Positions 27,918 through 39,982 of a DNA stretch of 64,000 nt are shown piece after piece. The notes below the pieces were generated by a model. The model ran no database searches. It was not told where the DNA came from and was given only the letters and a program-made list of their open reading frames with translations. Within the stretch, counting starts at the first letter, position 1; each line of letters starts with the position of its first letter. Source of the DNA: Bacillota bacterium (GTDB lineage: Bacteria > Bacillota > UBA4882 > JBLNCG01); assembly GCA_050260475.1 (NCBI GenBank), contig JBLNCG010000028.1, positions 64,283 to 128,282 on the forward strand, written 5' to 3'. The position numbers and the translations under genes were made by a program.

Positions 27918-28049
27918 CCGGCATCCACGGTTGATTTTGGGTTGCAAAATTAAATGATTCATTGATTCCCCTTGGGTTACATTTATGATTAAAATCGCAC
28001 CATTGACATGAGGATGTTTCTTTGATAAACTTGAATCATGAAATCCTTT

Positions 28050-28126
28050 AAACTAGCTCGGTGAGGCTAGGAAGGAAGAGCGTGGAATGAAACTTTCTTC
28101 GGACTGCACCGGGGAAAGTTTTTTTA
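28050..28126 (+). promoter_or_regulatory. PyrR-binding attenuator 1 (pyrR leader)
   Basis: PyrR box AGCTCGGTGAGGCTAGG, then terminator hairpin AAACTTTC...GAAAGTTTTTTT. Confidence 0.6.
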
Positions 28127-28145
28127 TGACCCGCTATCCTGATAA

Positions 28146-28718
<573 letters not shown>

Positions 28719-28719
28719 A

Positions 28720-28798
28720 CCGGTCCAGCGAGGCCGGGAAGGGGCGGCGGGAAAAAATTTCCTTACGCTCCTTCGAAATATGAGAAGGAGCTTTTTTA
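28720..28798 (+). promoter_or_regulatory. PyrR-binding attenuator 2 (pyrB leader)
   Basis: PyrR box GGTCCAGCGAGGCC, then terminator CTCCTTC-gaaatatga-GAAGGAG-CTTTTTTATT. Confidence 0.65.
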
Positions 28799-28996
28799 TT
28801 AGCCGGTGATGAAACTTTTAGTTTCCGGCACTCAACTCTAAATGAACGATTATAGCGCATTTATAACAAATATTTAAGGTTGATTGCCGGACGGTTAGAT
28901 GGATTTAATCGCCGTTTTATATCAGGAGCCATTTGCCATGAGCCTCCTGGAGGCGGCAAATAGGAAATCAGGGAAACGGTATAGAAAAAAGGTGGG

Positions 28997-29947
28997 ATGG
29001 ATATCATGTGGCAGCGCAAAGATATACTTGGGCTGGAGGAGTTGTCGGCGCAAGAAATAGAAATGGTTATGAATCAGGCTTCCATATTTAAAAAAATATT
29101 CGCCAAACCGGAAAGAAAGCTGACGCTGCTAAAGGGCAAAACTGTGGTAATTCTTTTTTTTGAACCGAGTACCCGCACTAGGACCTCTTTTGAAACAGCC
29201 GGCAAATGGCTGGGCGCGGATGTAATAAATATTTCGGTGGCCGCAAGCAGCGTCCAAAAAGGGGAATCCCTGCGGGATACTGCAAAGACACTGCAAGCAA
29301 TGGGTGCAGACATCATCATCATCAGGCATACCGCGGCCGGATCTCCTCATATACTGGCATCCGCATTGCAGGCAAAGGTAATCAACGCCGGCGATGGAGC
29401 TCATGAGCATCCCACTCAGGGGTTGCTTGATCTCTATACGATCAGAGAAAAAAAGAACAGCATCAAAGATCTCAACGTGACCATCATCGGTGATATCCTG
29501 CATTCCAGGGTGGCGCGCTCCAATATCTGGGGATTGCGAAAAATGGGGGCAAATATCACGGTAGCAGGTCCGCCGACATTAATTCCCGCCGGAGTTGAAA
29601 AAATGGGCGTCCGGATATTACATGACCTTAAAGAAAGCCTTAAGGACGCGGATGTTGTCAATATCCTCCGCATACAGCTTGAGCGTCAGGAGAAAGGCAT
29701 GTTTCCATCTTTACGAGAGTATTCGCATCTTTTCGGTCTCAACCATACAAAGCTGAAGGAGTGGGCAAAACCGGACATCCTGGTGCTGCATCCCGGCCCT
29801 GCCAATTTGGGGGTGGAGATCTCCGAAGAGGTTTCCTCCGGTGAATCTTCCGTTATTATCGAACAGGTCAAAAATGGTGTGGCGGTCCGGATGGCTTTGC
29901 TGAGTCTGCTGGCAGGAGGAGAGATGAAAAATGACGCTATTGATTAA
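28997..29947 (+). CDS. pyrB: aspartate carbamoyltransferase catalytic subunit
   Basis: STRTR carbamoyl-phosphate motif and HPLP/HPGP motifs. Confidence 0.9.
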   Translation: MDIMWQRKDILGLEELSAQEIEMVMNQASIFKKIFAKPERKLTLLKGKTVVILFFEPSTRTRTSFETAGKWLGADVINISVAASSVQKGESLRDTAKTLQAMGADIIIIRHTAAGSPHILASALQAKVINAGDGAHEHPTQGLLDLYTIREKKNSIKDLNVTIIGDILHSRVARSNIWGLRKMGANITVAGPPTLIPAGVEKMGVRILHDLKESLKDADVVNILRIQLERQEKGMFPSLREYSHLFGLNHTKLKEWAKPDILVLHPGPANLGVEISEEVSSGESSVIIEQVKNGVAVRMALLSLLAGGEMKNDAID

Positions 29948-31235
29948 AAATGGACTGCTGGTAGACCCTTGCGCATTTCAGCCTGCGGCAGCGGATCTAT
30001 TAATTAAAGATGGGATTATCCAAGGGACAGGCTTTGGTTTGGCCGCGGAAAGGGCTGAAATAATAGATGCATCGGGAATGCTGATTTTTCCGGGTTTTAT
30101 CGATTTGCACACCCATCTGCGGGAACCTGGCCGGGAGGATGAGGAAACAATTGCCACGGGAACAGCGGCGGCGGTGCGGGGCGGATTTACCGCGGTTTGC
30201 GCCATGCCCAATACGACACCCGCGTGCGATAATCCTGGAGTGGTGGAATTGATCCTGAAAAAGGCAGCGGAAGCTGGCTTGGCCAGGGTTTATCCTGTAG
30301 GATGCATCACCAAGGGGCGGAAAGGCGAGGAGATGGCGGAATTATGGGAAATGGCCTCCGCCGGAGCTGTGGCGTTTTCCGATGACGGATCCGGCGTGAA
30401 TAATGCCCGGGTCATGCGGTATGCGCTCCAATATGGGAGCATGATCGGGAAGCCGTTCATGCTGCATTGCGAGGATGCAATTTTGGCCGGAGACGGAGTG
30501 ATGCACGAGGGCTATTACTCTACAATTCTCGGGCTTAAAGGGATTCCCGCCCTGGCCGAGGAGATTATGGTGCAAAGGGATATTCAGCTAGCAAAGAGCA
30601 CCGGTACACCTATTCACATCTGTCATGTTTCTTCCGGTGAGAGCGCAAGGCTGATCCGGAAAGCCAAGGAGGAGGGAGTCCCGGTAACCGCGGAAGTTAC
30701 CCCGCATCATCTTGTACTGACTGATGAAATCCTTCTTGGATATGATACAAAAGCGAAAGTAAATCCGCCTTTGCGTTCTGCGGAGGATATGCACATACTG
30801 CGGGAATATCTGGCCGGAGGAATTATCGATGCCATAGCAACGGACCATGCCCCCCATGCCCCGGAAGAAAAAAATTTGGAATTCGACGCCGCCCCTTTCG
30901 GTCTTATCGGGCTTGAAACCGCTGCAGGATTGATATGGACTGAACTGGTGACGCCGGGGTTTTTGTCTCCCAATAGGATGGCGGCGGCATTGTCCGCAAA
31001 ACCCGCCAGTATTATCAAAGCCGGAGGCGGAAGCCTTGAACCCGGCGCGCCGGCGGATATTGCCATTTTTGATCCTGAACGACGCTGGACGGTGGAGAAG
31101 GAAGGGCTTGTTTCCAAAAGTAAAAACTCGCCTTTTATCGGCCGTAACTTGACCGGTAAAATTGTGTGCACCATCGTCAATGGCAAAGTTTGCTATCGGA
31201 ACGGAATACCTCGTGGAAAGGATGGTCAAAATTGA
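29931..31235 (+). CDS. pyrC: dihydroorotase
   Basis: Amidohydrolase metal-binding motifs DLHTHLR, ...HICHVS..., ...ATDHAPH. Confidence 0.9.
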   Translation: MTLLIKNGLLVDPCAFQPAAADLLIKDGIIQGTGFGLAAERAEIIDASGMLIFPGFIDLHTHLREPGREDEETIATGTAAAVRGGFTAVCAMPNTTPACDNPGVVELILKKAAEAGLARVYPVGCITKGRKGEEMAELWEMASAGAVAFSDDGSGVNNARVMRYALQYGSMIGKPFMLHCEDAILAGDGVMHEGYYSTILGLKGIPALAEEIMVQRDIQLAKSTGTPIHICHVSSGESARLIRKAKEEGVPVTAEVTPHHLVLTDEILLGYDTKAKVNPPLRSAEDMHILREYLAGGIIDAIATDHAPHAPEEKNLEFDAAPFGLIGLETAAGLIWTELVTPGFLSPNRMAAALSAKPASIIKAGGGSLEPGAPADIAIFDPERRWTVEKEGLVSKSKNSPFIGRNLTGKIVCTIVNGKVCYRNGIPRGKDGQN

Positions 31236-32308
31236 ACGCACGACTGGTTTTGGAAGACGGTTCCATATTTTACGGCTCCGCTTTCGGTTATCCTGTACAT
31301 GCAGAAGGAGAAGTGGTTTTTAATACAAGCATGACCGGATACCAAGAGATCCTGACGGACCCGTCTTATTGCGGTCAAATCGTCAGTATGACCTATCCGC
31401 TGATCGGAAATTACGGCGTGAATGAAGATGATTACGAATCCGCACGTCCTTATTGCCGCGGTCTTGTTGTCCACGAATTGTGCGCTTTACCCAGCAACTG
31501 GCGGGCATATACGACGCTGGAAAATTTCATGATTCGCTACAAATTATCCGGCATACAAGGAATTGATACCAGGGCCTTAACCAAAATCCTTCGTAAATCC
31601 GGCACCATGCGCGGCCTAATCAACGCGGATTCGGATGAAACCGACGCGGAACTGGTCGAAAAAGCGAAGAAAATCCCGTGCCTTTCCGGGCAGGATTTTG
31701 TACGGCAGGTGACTTCGCCGGAAATTATACAATATAACTCCAACGGATCCGGACCAAAAGTTGCGCTGATCGATTTCGGAGCGAAAATCAATATCATACG
31801 CTCATTATCCGGTATGGGCTGCCGGGTGACAAGCGTACCCTGCACCCTGCAGGCGGATGAAATTTTAAAGCTTAAGCCGGATGGCATCATGCTCTCCAAC
31901 GGACCGGGGGATCCTAAGGATGTAATGTTCGCAGTGGACACAGTTAAAAATTTGATGGGGGAGGTACCTCTGTTTGGCATTTGTCTTGGCCATCAAGTGA
32001 TAGGATTGGCTCTGGGAGGAGACACTTATAAGTTGAAATACGGACACCGCGGGGCCAACCATCCGGTCAAGGACCTAAATACGGGCAAAGTCTACATCAC
32101 ATCGCAGAATCACGGTTTCGCAGTGAAAACCGAAAGTCTTGATGCCGAAACCATAGCGGTTTCCCATATCAATTTGAATGACGGAACCGTGGAAGGTATC
32201 CGACACCGGAAGCTGCCGGTATTTTCCGTACAATACCATCCCGAAGCGTCTCCGGGCCCCTTGGAATCCAGTTACCTGTTCCACGAATTTTTATGCATGA
32301 TGCAATGA
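31232..32308 (+). CDS. carA: carbamoyl-phosphate synthase small (glutaminase) subunit
   Basis: LVLEDGSIFYGSAFG N-terminus. GATase catalytic GICLGHQ. TTG start overlaps the pyrC stop (TTGA). Confidence 0.85.
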   Translation: MNARLVLEDGSIFYGSAFGYPVHAEGEVVFNTSMTGYQEILTDPSYCGQIVSMTYPLIGNYGVNEDDYESARPYCRGLVVHELCALPSNWRAYTTLENFMIRYKLSGIQGIDTRALTKILRKSGTMRGLINADSDETDAELVEKAKKIPCLSGQDFVRQVTSPEIIQYNSNGSGPKVALIDFGAKINIIRSLSGMGCRVTSVPCTLQADEILKLKPDGIMLSNGPGDPKDVMFAVDTVKNLMGEVPLFGICLGHQVIGLALGGDTYKLKYGHRGANHPVKDLNTGKVYITSQNHGFAVKTESLDAETIAVSHINLNDGTVEGIRHRKLPVFSVQYHPEASPGPLESSYLFHEFLCMMQ

Positions 32309-32324
32309 AGGTGATGGAAAAAAA

Positions 32325-33023
32325 ATGAAAATCGGCCTGTTGACCGCCATGGCAGACGAATCTCATCCTTTGTTCCAGGAGATTATTAAATCGCATCAAA
32401 CCAAATATTGCTACCGGCAGGAAATCAATGCCTTCGCCTATGGAAAGCATGATTTTGTGCATTATACCTGCGGAGTTGGCAAAGCGAATGCGGCGTTAGG
32501 TGTTACGCTTCTGGCCCTGACGGAACAGCCGGATTGTTTGATAATGCTGGGAACGGCTGGTGCGATTGATCCGAGATTAAATATAGGGGATGTGGTGGTC
32601 GGGGAAAAAATGTATAATCATGATCTGGATGCCACTTCAGCAGGTTTCCGATCCGGCGAGATACCTTTTGCCGGCCGAGAATTTTGCGCTGATGAAGGTT
32701 TGCTGGCGGTAACCAGGCGGATGGAGCATGAGTTATACCGTGGATATGTCATTCGCCATGGAAATATCGCCGCAGGAGACCGGTTTGTCTCCGATGAATC
32801 CAGAATTGCCTGGATCAGGGAGGAATTCATGGCCTTGTGTGTCGATATGGAAGATGCATCTGCCGCTATGGTTTCGGAAAAGATAGGCATACCCTTTTTA
32901 GCCGTCCGCGCCATATCGGATTATGCGGCTTCCGGAGCCTTCGCGGTTTTTAGCGAAAATATGGCAAAAGCCAGTAAAAACGCCGTCGATTTTATGCTGG
33001 AACTTGCCGTGAACCTGAAGTAG
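32325..33023 (+). CDS. PNP_UDP_1 family nucleosidase (MTA/SAH nucleosidase- or futalosine hydrolase-like)
   Basis: [10 protein letters not shown]...[15 protein letters not shown]...ISDYA motifs of the MtnN/Pfs fold. Sits between carA and carB. Confidence 0.65.
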   Translation: MKIGLLTAMADESHPLFQEIIKSHQTKYCYRQEINAFAYGKHDFVHYTCGVGKANAALGVTLLALTEQPDCLIMLGTAGAIDPRLNIGDVVVGEKMYNHDLDATSAGFRSGEIPFAGREFCADEGLLAVTRRMEHELYRGYVIRHGNIAAGDRFVSDESRIAWIREEFMALCVDMEDASAAMVSEKIGIPFLAVRAISDYAASGAFAVFSENMAKASKNAVDFMLELAVNLK

Positions 33024-33054
33024 CATTAATATTATTAAAGCTGGAGTGAACCCC

Positions 33055-36000
33055 ATGCCCATGCGTAATGAACTAAAAAAAGTGATGGTAATCGGATCAG
33101 GCCCGATAATCATCGGGCAGGCCGCGGAATTCGATTACGCGGGCACGCAAGCCTGCAAATCCTTGCGGGAGGAAGGAATATCCGTAGTGCTGGTAAATTC
33201 CAATCCGGCCACTATTATGACTGATGCGGATATTGCAGACCGCGTTTATATCGAACCATTAACCGCAGGAATAATTGAAAGCATCATCGCCTTGGAAAGC
33301 CCCGATGGTTTGCTGCCTACTCTGGGCGGGCAGGTCGGATTGAATCTGGCCGTGGAATTGGCGGAGGCCGGGATTCTTGACCGGTATAGCGTCAAACTTC
33401 TGGGGACGCCGCTTTCCGCCATTAAAAAGGCGGAGGATCGCGCGCTGTTCAAACAAACCATGCGGGAGATCGGGGAACCCGTGCCGGAAAGCGCAATTGC
33501 CAATAGTATGCGCGAGGCCGCCTTTTTTGCGAAAAAAATCGGTTTTCCCATTATCATCCGTCCGGCATATACCCTGGGAGGATCCGGGGGGGGCATTGCG
33601 GATAATCCGGAGACCTTCCGGGAAATAGTACGGCGCGGCCTGGTATATAGCCCAATTCACCAGGTCTTATTGGAAAAAAGCGTTGCCGGATGGAAAGAAA
33701 TCGAATACGAAGTAATGCGTGATGAAGCCGGCAATTGCATCACCGTTTGCAATATGGAAAACCTTGATCCCATCGGTATTCATACGGGGGACAGCATTGT
33801 GGTCGCCCCCAGCCAGACGCTGGCCGATAAGGAATATCAGCTGCTCCGGTCAGCGGCCCTGAAAATTATCAGCGCGCTTGGAATCGAAGGGGGGTGCAAT
33901 ATTCAGTATGCCCTTGATCCTGCGTCGATGCGATATTATGTCATTGAAGTCAATCCCAGGGTCAGCCGTTCTTCCGCTCTAGCCTCCAAAGCCACCGGAT
34001 ATCCCATCGCCAAAGTCGCGGCCAAAATCGCTGTCGGGTTGAGGTTGGACGAGATAAAAAATGCGGTAACTCAGAAGACGTGCGCCTGTTTCGAGCCCGC
34101 ATTGGACTACGTGGTATTAAAGATACCGCGGTGGCCGTTTGACAAATTTCGCCATGCCCAGCGCCAACTCGGTACGCAAATGAAGGCCACCGGGGAAGTG
34201 ATGGCGATCGGCAGGAACTTTGAAAGCGCCCTGCAAAAAGCCATCAGATCTCTGGAAATAGGTTTATCCGGTCTGGGCTTAAAAGAGATGAAGGATTGGC
34301 CGACGGAACAGGTGCGTCAAAAGATCAAAGCCCAGGATGATGAAAGACTGTTCGCCATGGCCGAGGGTTTCCGCCGCGGTTTCTGGGTAGATGAGATCGC
34401 GCAATGGACCGGAGTGGACTCCTGGTTTCTAAAAAAGCTGGAACATTTGATTTCCTGGGAACGGCGCCTTGTCCATAAAAAAATGGCCAACCTCACCCGG
34501 GAGGAATGGCTGGAGTGTAAAAAATTGGGTTTTGCCGATCGCTACCTGGCCTTTTTATGGAATTGCAGCGAGGAGGAAGTGCGGCAAACCCGCCATAAAA
34601 ACGGTGTACATCCGGCATATAAGATGGTGGATACCTGCGCCGCGGAATTTGAAGCTCTTACTCCGTATTACTACTCCTCTTATGAACAGGAAAACGAGGT
34701 CCCGGTTGGTAAAGGCCGCAAGGTTATTGTACTTGGATCGGGTCCGATTCGCATCGGGCAGGGCATAGAATTTGACTATTGTTCGGTGCATACGGTGTGG
34801 GCGCTTAAAAAAATGGGCATCGAGGCCATCATCATCAATAACAATCCCGAAACGGTAAGTACCGATTTTGATACCGGCGACAGATTGTATTTTGAGCCGC
34901 TTGCCTTGGAGGATGTGCTGGAAATTGTCGCGCTGGAAAAACCCGAAGGCGTTATCGTGCAATTCGGCGGCCAGACAGCCATCAATCTGGCGGAGCCGCT
35001 GGCTAAAGCAGGCGTGAAGATTCTAGGTTCTTCCGTTGAATCCATCGATCTGGCGGAGAACAGGGAAAAATTCGACAGCCTGCTGATTAAACTGAATATT
35101 CCCAAACCGCCGGGCAAAACAGCTCTTTCAGTGGAAGAAGCCCGCCAAATCGCGGAAGAAATCGGGTTTCCCGTACTGGTAAGGCCTTCTTATGTCCTGG
35201 GGGGCCGGGCCATGGAGATCGTATACAACATGGATGAATTGACTTCTTATATGATGCATGCCGTGGAGGTGTCGCCACGCCACCCGGTGCTGGTGGATAA
35301 ATATATCGTCGGCAAGGAACTGGAAGTAGACGCGCTCTGCGACGGAAAGGATGTATTAATCCCGGGCATCATGGAACATCTGGAAAGAGCGGGGGTGCAT
35401 TCAGGGGATAGCATGGCGGTTTATCCGCCACAGACTCTGTCAGGGGAGTCCAAAGAACAAATCATCGGTTACACCCGGCAACTTGCATTGGCCATGGGGG
35501 TCCGGGGCATGATCAATATACAGTTTGTGCTGCATAAGGATAAATTATATGTCATTGAAGTCAATCCCCGGTCCAGTCGGACAGTTCCCTATATCAGCAA
35601 AGTGACCGATATCCCCATGATCAGCATCGCCACCAGGGCAATCATGGGTCAAAGCCTGCGGAAGCAAGGATTCTCATACGGACTTGGTGTTCAGCGTAAA
35701 ATGATCGCCGTCAAGGCTCCTGTGTTCTCCTTTTCAAAACTCAGCCAAGTGGAAATTTCCCTCGGACCCGAGATGAAATCCACCGGGGAAGTGCTCGGGG
35801 TTAATCACGATTATGCCGGCGCGTTATACAAGGCATTTATTTCCGCCGGAACTGATATCCCCACATCCGGTAAAATTTTGGCCACCATCGCCGACAAGGA
35901 TAAAACGGAGGCTTTGGCTATTTTGCGGAAATTTGCCGAACTGGGCTACGAAATTCACGCTACCGAGGGAACTGCCGCTTTTCTCGCGGCGAACCATATT

Positions 36001-36264
36001 CAGGCGCACGGGGTTGCAAAAATCCGTGAGGGTTCTCCAAATTTGCTGGATTTAATTAGAGAGAAAAAGATCGACCTGGTTATAAACACTTTGACCAGAG
36101 GCAAGGATCCGGAGAGAGACGGCTTTAAAATTCGCCGGGCGGCGGTGGAATACAACATCGCCTGTCTGACATCGCTGGATACTGCGGCGGCTTTGCTGAC
36201 CGTACTGGAAAAATTAAAGCTGGGCACGGGTCTGGATGTAACCGCGTTGCAGGAATATGAATAA
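33055..36264 (+). CDS. carB: carbamoyl-phosphate synthase large subunit
   Basis: Duplicated ATP-grasp halves ([23 protein letters not shown] / [21 protein letters not shown]) and the MGS-like C-terminus. ATG 33055 has GGAG 8 nt upstream. Confidence 0.95.
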   Translation: MPMRNELKKVMVIGSGPIIIGQAAEFDYAGTQACKSLREEGISVVLVNSNPATIMTDADIADRVYIEPLTAGIIESIIALESPDGLLPTLGGQVGLNLAVELAEAGILDRYSVKLLGTPLSAIKKAEDRALFKQTMREIGEPVPESAIANSMREAAFFAKKIGFPIIIRPAYTLGGSGGGIADNPETFREIVRRGLVYSPIHQVLLEKSVAGWKEIEYEVMRDEAGNCITVCNMENLDPIGIHTGDSIVVAPSQTLADKEYQLLRSAALKIISALGIEGGCNIQYALDPASMRYYVIEVNPRVSRSSALASKATGYPIAKVAAKIAVGLRLDEIKNAVTQKTCACFEPALDYVVLKIPRWPFDKFRHAQRQLGTQMKATGEVMAIGRNFESALQKAIRSLEIGLSGLGLKEMKDWPTEQVRQKIKAQDDERLFAMAEGFRRGFWVDEIAQWTGVDSWFLKKLEHLISWERRLVHKKMANLTREEWLECKKLGFADRYLAFLWNCSEEEVRQTRHKNGVHPAYKMVDTCAAEFEALTPYYYSSYEQENEVPVGKGRKVIVLGSGPIRIGQGIEFDYCSVHTVWALKKMGIEAIIINNNPETVSTDFDTGDRLYFEPLALEDVLEIVALEKPEGVIVQFGGQTAINLAEPLAKAGVKILGSSVESIDLAENREKFDSLLIKLNIPKPPGKTALSVEEARQIAEEIGFPVLVRPSYVLGGRAMEIVYNMDELTSYMMHAVEVSPRHPVLVDKYIVGKELEVDALCDGKDVLIPGIMEHLERAGVHSGDSMAVYPPQTLSGESKEQIIGYTRQLALAMGVRGMINIQFVLHKDKLYVIEVNPRSSRTVPYISKVTDIPMISIATRAIMGQSLRKQGFSYGLGVQRKMIAVKAPVFSFSKLSQVEISLGPEMKSTGEVLGVNHDYAGALYKAFISAGTDIPTSGKILATIADKDKTEALAILRKFAELGYEIHATEGTAAFLAANHIQAHGVAKIREGSPNLLDLIREKKIDLVINTLTRGKDPERDGFKIRRAAVEYNIACLTSLDTAAALLTVLEKLKLGTGLDVTALQEYE

Positions 36265-36288
36265 AAATGCGGCTGGATTGGGGAAAAG

Positions 36289-37092
36289 GTGATAATCATG
36301 CAGGAAACGGGTATTGTCACAGAAAATCATCCGGTATGCCCTTCTTACTACCGGATGAGAATAAAGGCTCCCAAAATTGCGGAGCAGGCGCAGCCCGGTC
36401 AATTTGTCCATATCCGCTGCTCCCGGGAGAGCGGCCTGCTGTTGCGCAGGCCTATCAGTATTCATCAAATCCGCAAAGATAGGCAAGAGATCGCTATGCT
36501 CTTCAGGGCGGTCGGCAGGGGCACCGCGGCTTTAAGCCGGTTCGAACCGGGCGATGCCGTGGATTTGCTGGGCCCTTTGGGCAAAGGATTCTCCATCCCG
36601 AAAAAGTCCGGTAATATTTTACTGGTGGCAGGCGGTATGGGTATCGCTCCATTCTTTGCATTGGCGGAAGACGTCAAAAGAACGGGCAGCAAAGTGTTGT
36701 TGCTATATGGCGCAAGAACCGGCGATGAACTATCCTGTGCCGGCGAATTCACCCGTATCGGCTGTTCGATCAGAACGGCCACGGAGGACGGATCCTCCGG
36801 TCTAAAAGGCTTTGTAACTGAACTGATGGTTCCCGATCTGCTTCGGATACAGGATTACGTTTATCTTTGCGGGCCGAAACCGATGTTAAAAAAAGCGGTA
36901 GCGATATGCAGGAATTTCGGCCTACCCGGGGAGGTGTCCCTGGAGGAACATATGGCATGCGGCATCGGCGCTTGCCTGGGGTGCGTCTGCCGTGTCGCTG
37001 ACGCCGATTCAAACCGCCGGGAAAGCCGGTATAAAAAAGTATGCACGGACGGGCCGGTTTTTTCCATGGAAGAGGTGATATTGGGTGATTAA
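36289..37092 (+). CDS. pyrK: dihydroorotate dehydrogenase electron-transfer subunit
   Basis: FAD/NAD-binding fold and C-terminal [2Fe-2S] Cys cluster ([11 protein letters not shown]). Confidence 0.85.
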   Translation: MIIMQETGIVTENHPVCPSYYRMRIKAPKIAEQAQPGQFVHIRCSRESGLLLRRPISIHQIRKDRQEIAMLFRAVGRGTAALSRFEPGDAVDLLGPLGKGFSIPKKSGNILLVAGGMGIAPFFALAEDVKRTGSKVLLLYGARTGDELSCAGEFTRIGCSIRTATEDGSSGLKGFVTELMVPDLLRIQDYVYLCGPKPMLKKAVAICRNFGLPGEVSLEEHMACGIGACLGCVCRVADADSNRRESRYKKVCTDGPVFSMEEVILGD

Positions 37093-38002
37093 TCCGGATT
37101 TATCTGTAAACCTCGGAGGTTTGAAGCTGAAAAATCCTGTGATCGCAGCCTCCGGGACTTTCGGTTTCGGTCGTGAATATGATGCGTATTATAATATTGC
37201 GTGCCTGGGAGCTATCACTATCAAGGGAATCACCTTGGAGCCCCGCGAGGGAAATCCTCCCCCCAGGGTTATAGAAACGCCTGCGGGGATGCTGAATTGT
37301 ATTGGTCTGCAAAATCCCGGCGTGGAAGCATTTTTGCGGGATGAAATGCCCTGGTTGATCGCAAAAAATGTTCCGGTTATCGCCAACATCAACGGCGCTA
37401 CGGTTAAAGAATACGGCATCCTGGCATCAATGCTGGATGGCAAATCCGGTGTGGCCGGTCTGGAAATAAATGTCTCCTGCCCCAATGTAAAGGCCGGCGG
37501 GATGAATTTCGGCGTAGTTCCCGAAATGGTGCGGGCGGTTATGGCTGAAGTGAGGAAATATGCCAGGATTCCCGTGATCGTCAAATTATCCCCCAACGTC
37601 ACTGATATTGTAACAATTGCAAAAGCGGCCGCGGATGCCGGGGCTGACTGCTTATCACTGATCAATACGGTTTCAGGCCTGGCAATTGATGTGGGACAGC
37701 GGAAACCGTTTTTAAGCAACATTTTCGGGGGATTGTCGGGACCGGCCATAAAACCCATCGCCTTGCGCATGGTATGGCAGGTTTATGAGGCCGTAAAGCT
37801 GCCGATTATAGGAATGGGCGGCATTATGGAGACGGAAGACGCCCTGGAGTTCATTATGGCCGGAGCCGGGGCAGTTTCATTAGGCACCGCCAATTTTGTC
37901 AATCCCCGGGCATGCCCTGATATTATTGCGGGGATCGAAAGATACTGCCGGGAAAAATCTGTCCAGGACCTTCAGGATTTGGTAGGGGCTGCACATCGAT
38001 AA
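37085..38002 (+). CDS. pyrD: dihydroorotate dehydrogenase catalytic subunit (class 1B)
   Basis: [14 protein letters not shown] and GGI..GEDA motifs. Confidence 0.9.
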   Translation: MINPDLSVNLGGLKLKNPVIAASGTFGFGREYDAYYNIACLGAITIKGITLEPREGNPPPRVIETPAGMLNCIGLQNPGVEAFLRDEMPWLIAKNVPVIANINGATVKEYGILASMLDGKSGVAGLEINVSCPNVKAGGMNFGVVPEMVRAVMAEVRKYARIPVIVKLSPNVTDIVTIAKAAADAGADCLSLINTVSGLAIDVGQRKPFLSNIFGGLSGPAIKPIALRMVWQVYEAVKLPIIGMGGIMETEDALEFIMAGAGAVSLGTANFVNPRACPDIIAGIERYCREKSVQDLQDLVGAAHR

Positions 38003-38076
38003 AACATAAGCAGGGCCAATACCGGCGCTAAGGATTTTTAATTAAATTGACGATTATAGAAAGGAATTTTATTTGC

Positions 38077-38784
38077 ATGAAAGAAAAAATTATCATCCCG
38101 CTGGATGTGCCCGAGATTTCGGATGCCCGGTTTTTGGTTGATTCGTTGAAGGACATAGTCGGCGCTTTTAAGGTGGGCATGGAGCTTTTTTATGCGGCAG
38201 GCGGCGCCGTACTTGATATGATTCATAATGCAGGCGCTAAGGTGTTCCTGGATCTAAAACTGCATGACATACCACATACTGTGGCAAACGCTTTGAAAGT
38301 GTTAGCAGGTCATAATATCTGGATGACAAATATCCATATTTCCGGCGGCCGGCCAATGCTGCAGGCGGCGGTTGCGGCGCTTAATTCCCTTTCAAACAGG
38401 CCCCTGTTAATAGGGGTTACCGTCCTTACGAGTATAGATCAGCAAGTTCTGTCTGATTTGGGATTTGATTTCGAACTTCATGCAAAAGTTCTTGAATGGT
38501 CCGGTATTGCCAGAGAATGCGGCTTGAACGGGGTGGTATGCTCCCCGCATGAAATTTCGGATATCAAGGGGCAGTATGGCCGCGAATTCCTGACGGTGGT
38601 TCCGGGAATACGTCCGGTATGGGCGCGAAACGATGATCAAAAAAGAATAATGACTCCCAGGCAGGCTGTAGTTAACGGCGCCGATTATCTCGTGATCGGC
38701 AGGCCTGTCACTAAAGCCGAAAATCCCCGCACCGCAGCATGGAAAATAATAGAAGAAATGGAGGACGGTAACGGACATGCTTGA
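38077..38784 (+). CDS. pyrF: orotidine 5'-phosphate decarboxylase
   Basis: IIPLDV...DLKLHDIP motifs. ATG 38077 after AGAAAGGAA. Confidence 0.9.
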   Translation: MKEKIIIPLDVPEISDARFLVDSLKDIVGAFKVGMELFYAAGGAVLDMIHNAGAKVFLDLKLHDIPHTVANALKVLAGHNIWMTNIHISGGRPMLQAAVAALNSLSNRPLLIGVTVLTSIDQQVLSDLGFDFELHAKVLEWSGIARECGLNGVVCSPHEISDIKGQYGREFLTVVPGIRPVWARNDDQKRIMTPRQAVVNGADYLVIGRPVTKAENPRTAAWKIIEEMEDGNGHA

Positions 38785-39352
38785 TCAGAAAGAATTGTTA
38801 TCCATTTTCCGCGAAACAAGGGTTCTGCGCGAGGGGCATTTCCGTCTTACATCCGGCAAACACAGCAGTGTATATATTCAATGCGCGCAGGTTTTACAAT
38901 ATCCGAAATTTACCGAATTGTTATGCGACGATCTGGCGCGCAGATTTAAAGGAGAGGAGATCGACGTAGTGGTGGCCCCCGCTATCGGAGGTATCATTAT
39001 CGCTTATGAGGTGGCGCGTTTTTTGGGTTGCAGGGCTCTTTTCACGGAGCGGGAAGACAATGTCATGACTTTCCGCCGGGGATTCCATCTGGAAATGGAT
39101 GAAAACGTCCTGGTGGTGGAGGATATTGTTACCACCGGCGGCTCCGTGATGGAGGTTATCGATGCCGTCCAAAAAAAAGGCGGTTTTATGCGCGGCGTAG
39201 GTGTGCTGGTAGACCGCAGCGGCGGGAAAGTGAATTTCGGCGTACGCACGGAAGCCCTATATACCACTGATTACGTTACATATGAGCCAGAGGAATGCCC
39301 GTTATGCAAGGAAGACGTGCCGTTGATCAAACCGGGATCGCGGAAATCATAA
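38777..39352 (+). CDS. pyrE: orotate phosphoribosyltransferase
   Basis: PRPP-binding VLVVEDIVTTGGS. Confidence 0.9.
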   Translation: MLDQKELLSIFRETRVLREGHFRLTSGKHSSVYIQCAQVLQYPKFTELLCDDLARRFKGEEIDVVVAPAIGGIIIAYEVARFLGCRALFTEREDNVMTFRRGFHLEMDENVLVVEDIVTTGGSVMEVIDAVQKKGGFMRGVGVLVDRSGGKVNFGVRTEALYTTDYVTYEPEECPLCKEDVPLIKPGSRKS

Positions 39353-39370
39353 TATCCGGGGTGATAATTT

Positions 39371-39895
39371 GTGCCGAAAATCGGTATAATCATGGGCAGC
39401 GATACAGATCTTCCCATTATGTCCCAGGCGGCCAAAATTCTTGAGGACTTCGGAGTCGCTTATGAGATCTCTTTAATGTCCGCGCACCGGTGTCCGGACG
39501 AAGCGGCCTGCTTTGCGCAAAACGCTGAAAACGCCGGCATAAAGGTGATTATAGCCGCAGCGGGATTAGCGGCTCATCTGCCCGGAGTCATCGCTTCCCA
39601 TACCATCCTGCCTGTGATAGGAGTACCGGTGATGACCGGTCCGATTAATGGCGTGGATGCTTTATTTTCCATCGTACAGATGCCTTCGGGCGTCCCGGTG
39701 GCTGCAGTTGGTATTAATAGTGCCAAAAACGCCGCATATCTCGCTCTGGAAATTCTGGCGACCGGCGATGAAGCATTGAAGGAAAAACTGCGGCGGCATA
39801 AAGATTTCTTGAAACAGGAGATTTTGAATAAGAACAGCCGTCTTCATGAAAAAGGATGGCAAGAATATCTGGCACAGATGATAAAAGAAGGTTGA
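39371..39895 (+). CDS. purE: N5-carboxyaminoimidazole ribonucleotide mutase
   Basis: IGIIMGSDTDLPIM N-terminus and PurE core. GTG start. Confidence 0.85.
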   Translation: MPKIGIIMGSDTDLPIMSQAAKILEDFGVAYEISLMSAHRCPDEAACFAQNAENAGIKVIIAAAGLAAHLPGVIASHTILPVIGVPVMTGPINGVDALFSIVQMPSGVPVAAVGINSAKNAAYLALEILATGDEALKEKLRRHKDFLKQEILNKNSRLHEKGWQEYLAQMIKEG

Positions 39896-39917
39896 ATGCA
39901 CGGACGCAAATAAAATA

Positions 39918-39942
39918 TAAACCGGAGAATCATGTCCGGTTT
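39918..39942 (-). terminator. hairpin terminator between convergent purE and anti-sigma genes
   Basis: AAACCGGA-gaatcatg-TCCGGTTT. The T-rich tract is on the minus strand (TATATTTTATTTG). Confidence 0.5.
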
Positions 39943-39982
39943 ATCATGTAAACGTAATTTGCTTGTATGGTAATTTTTAACT

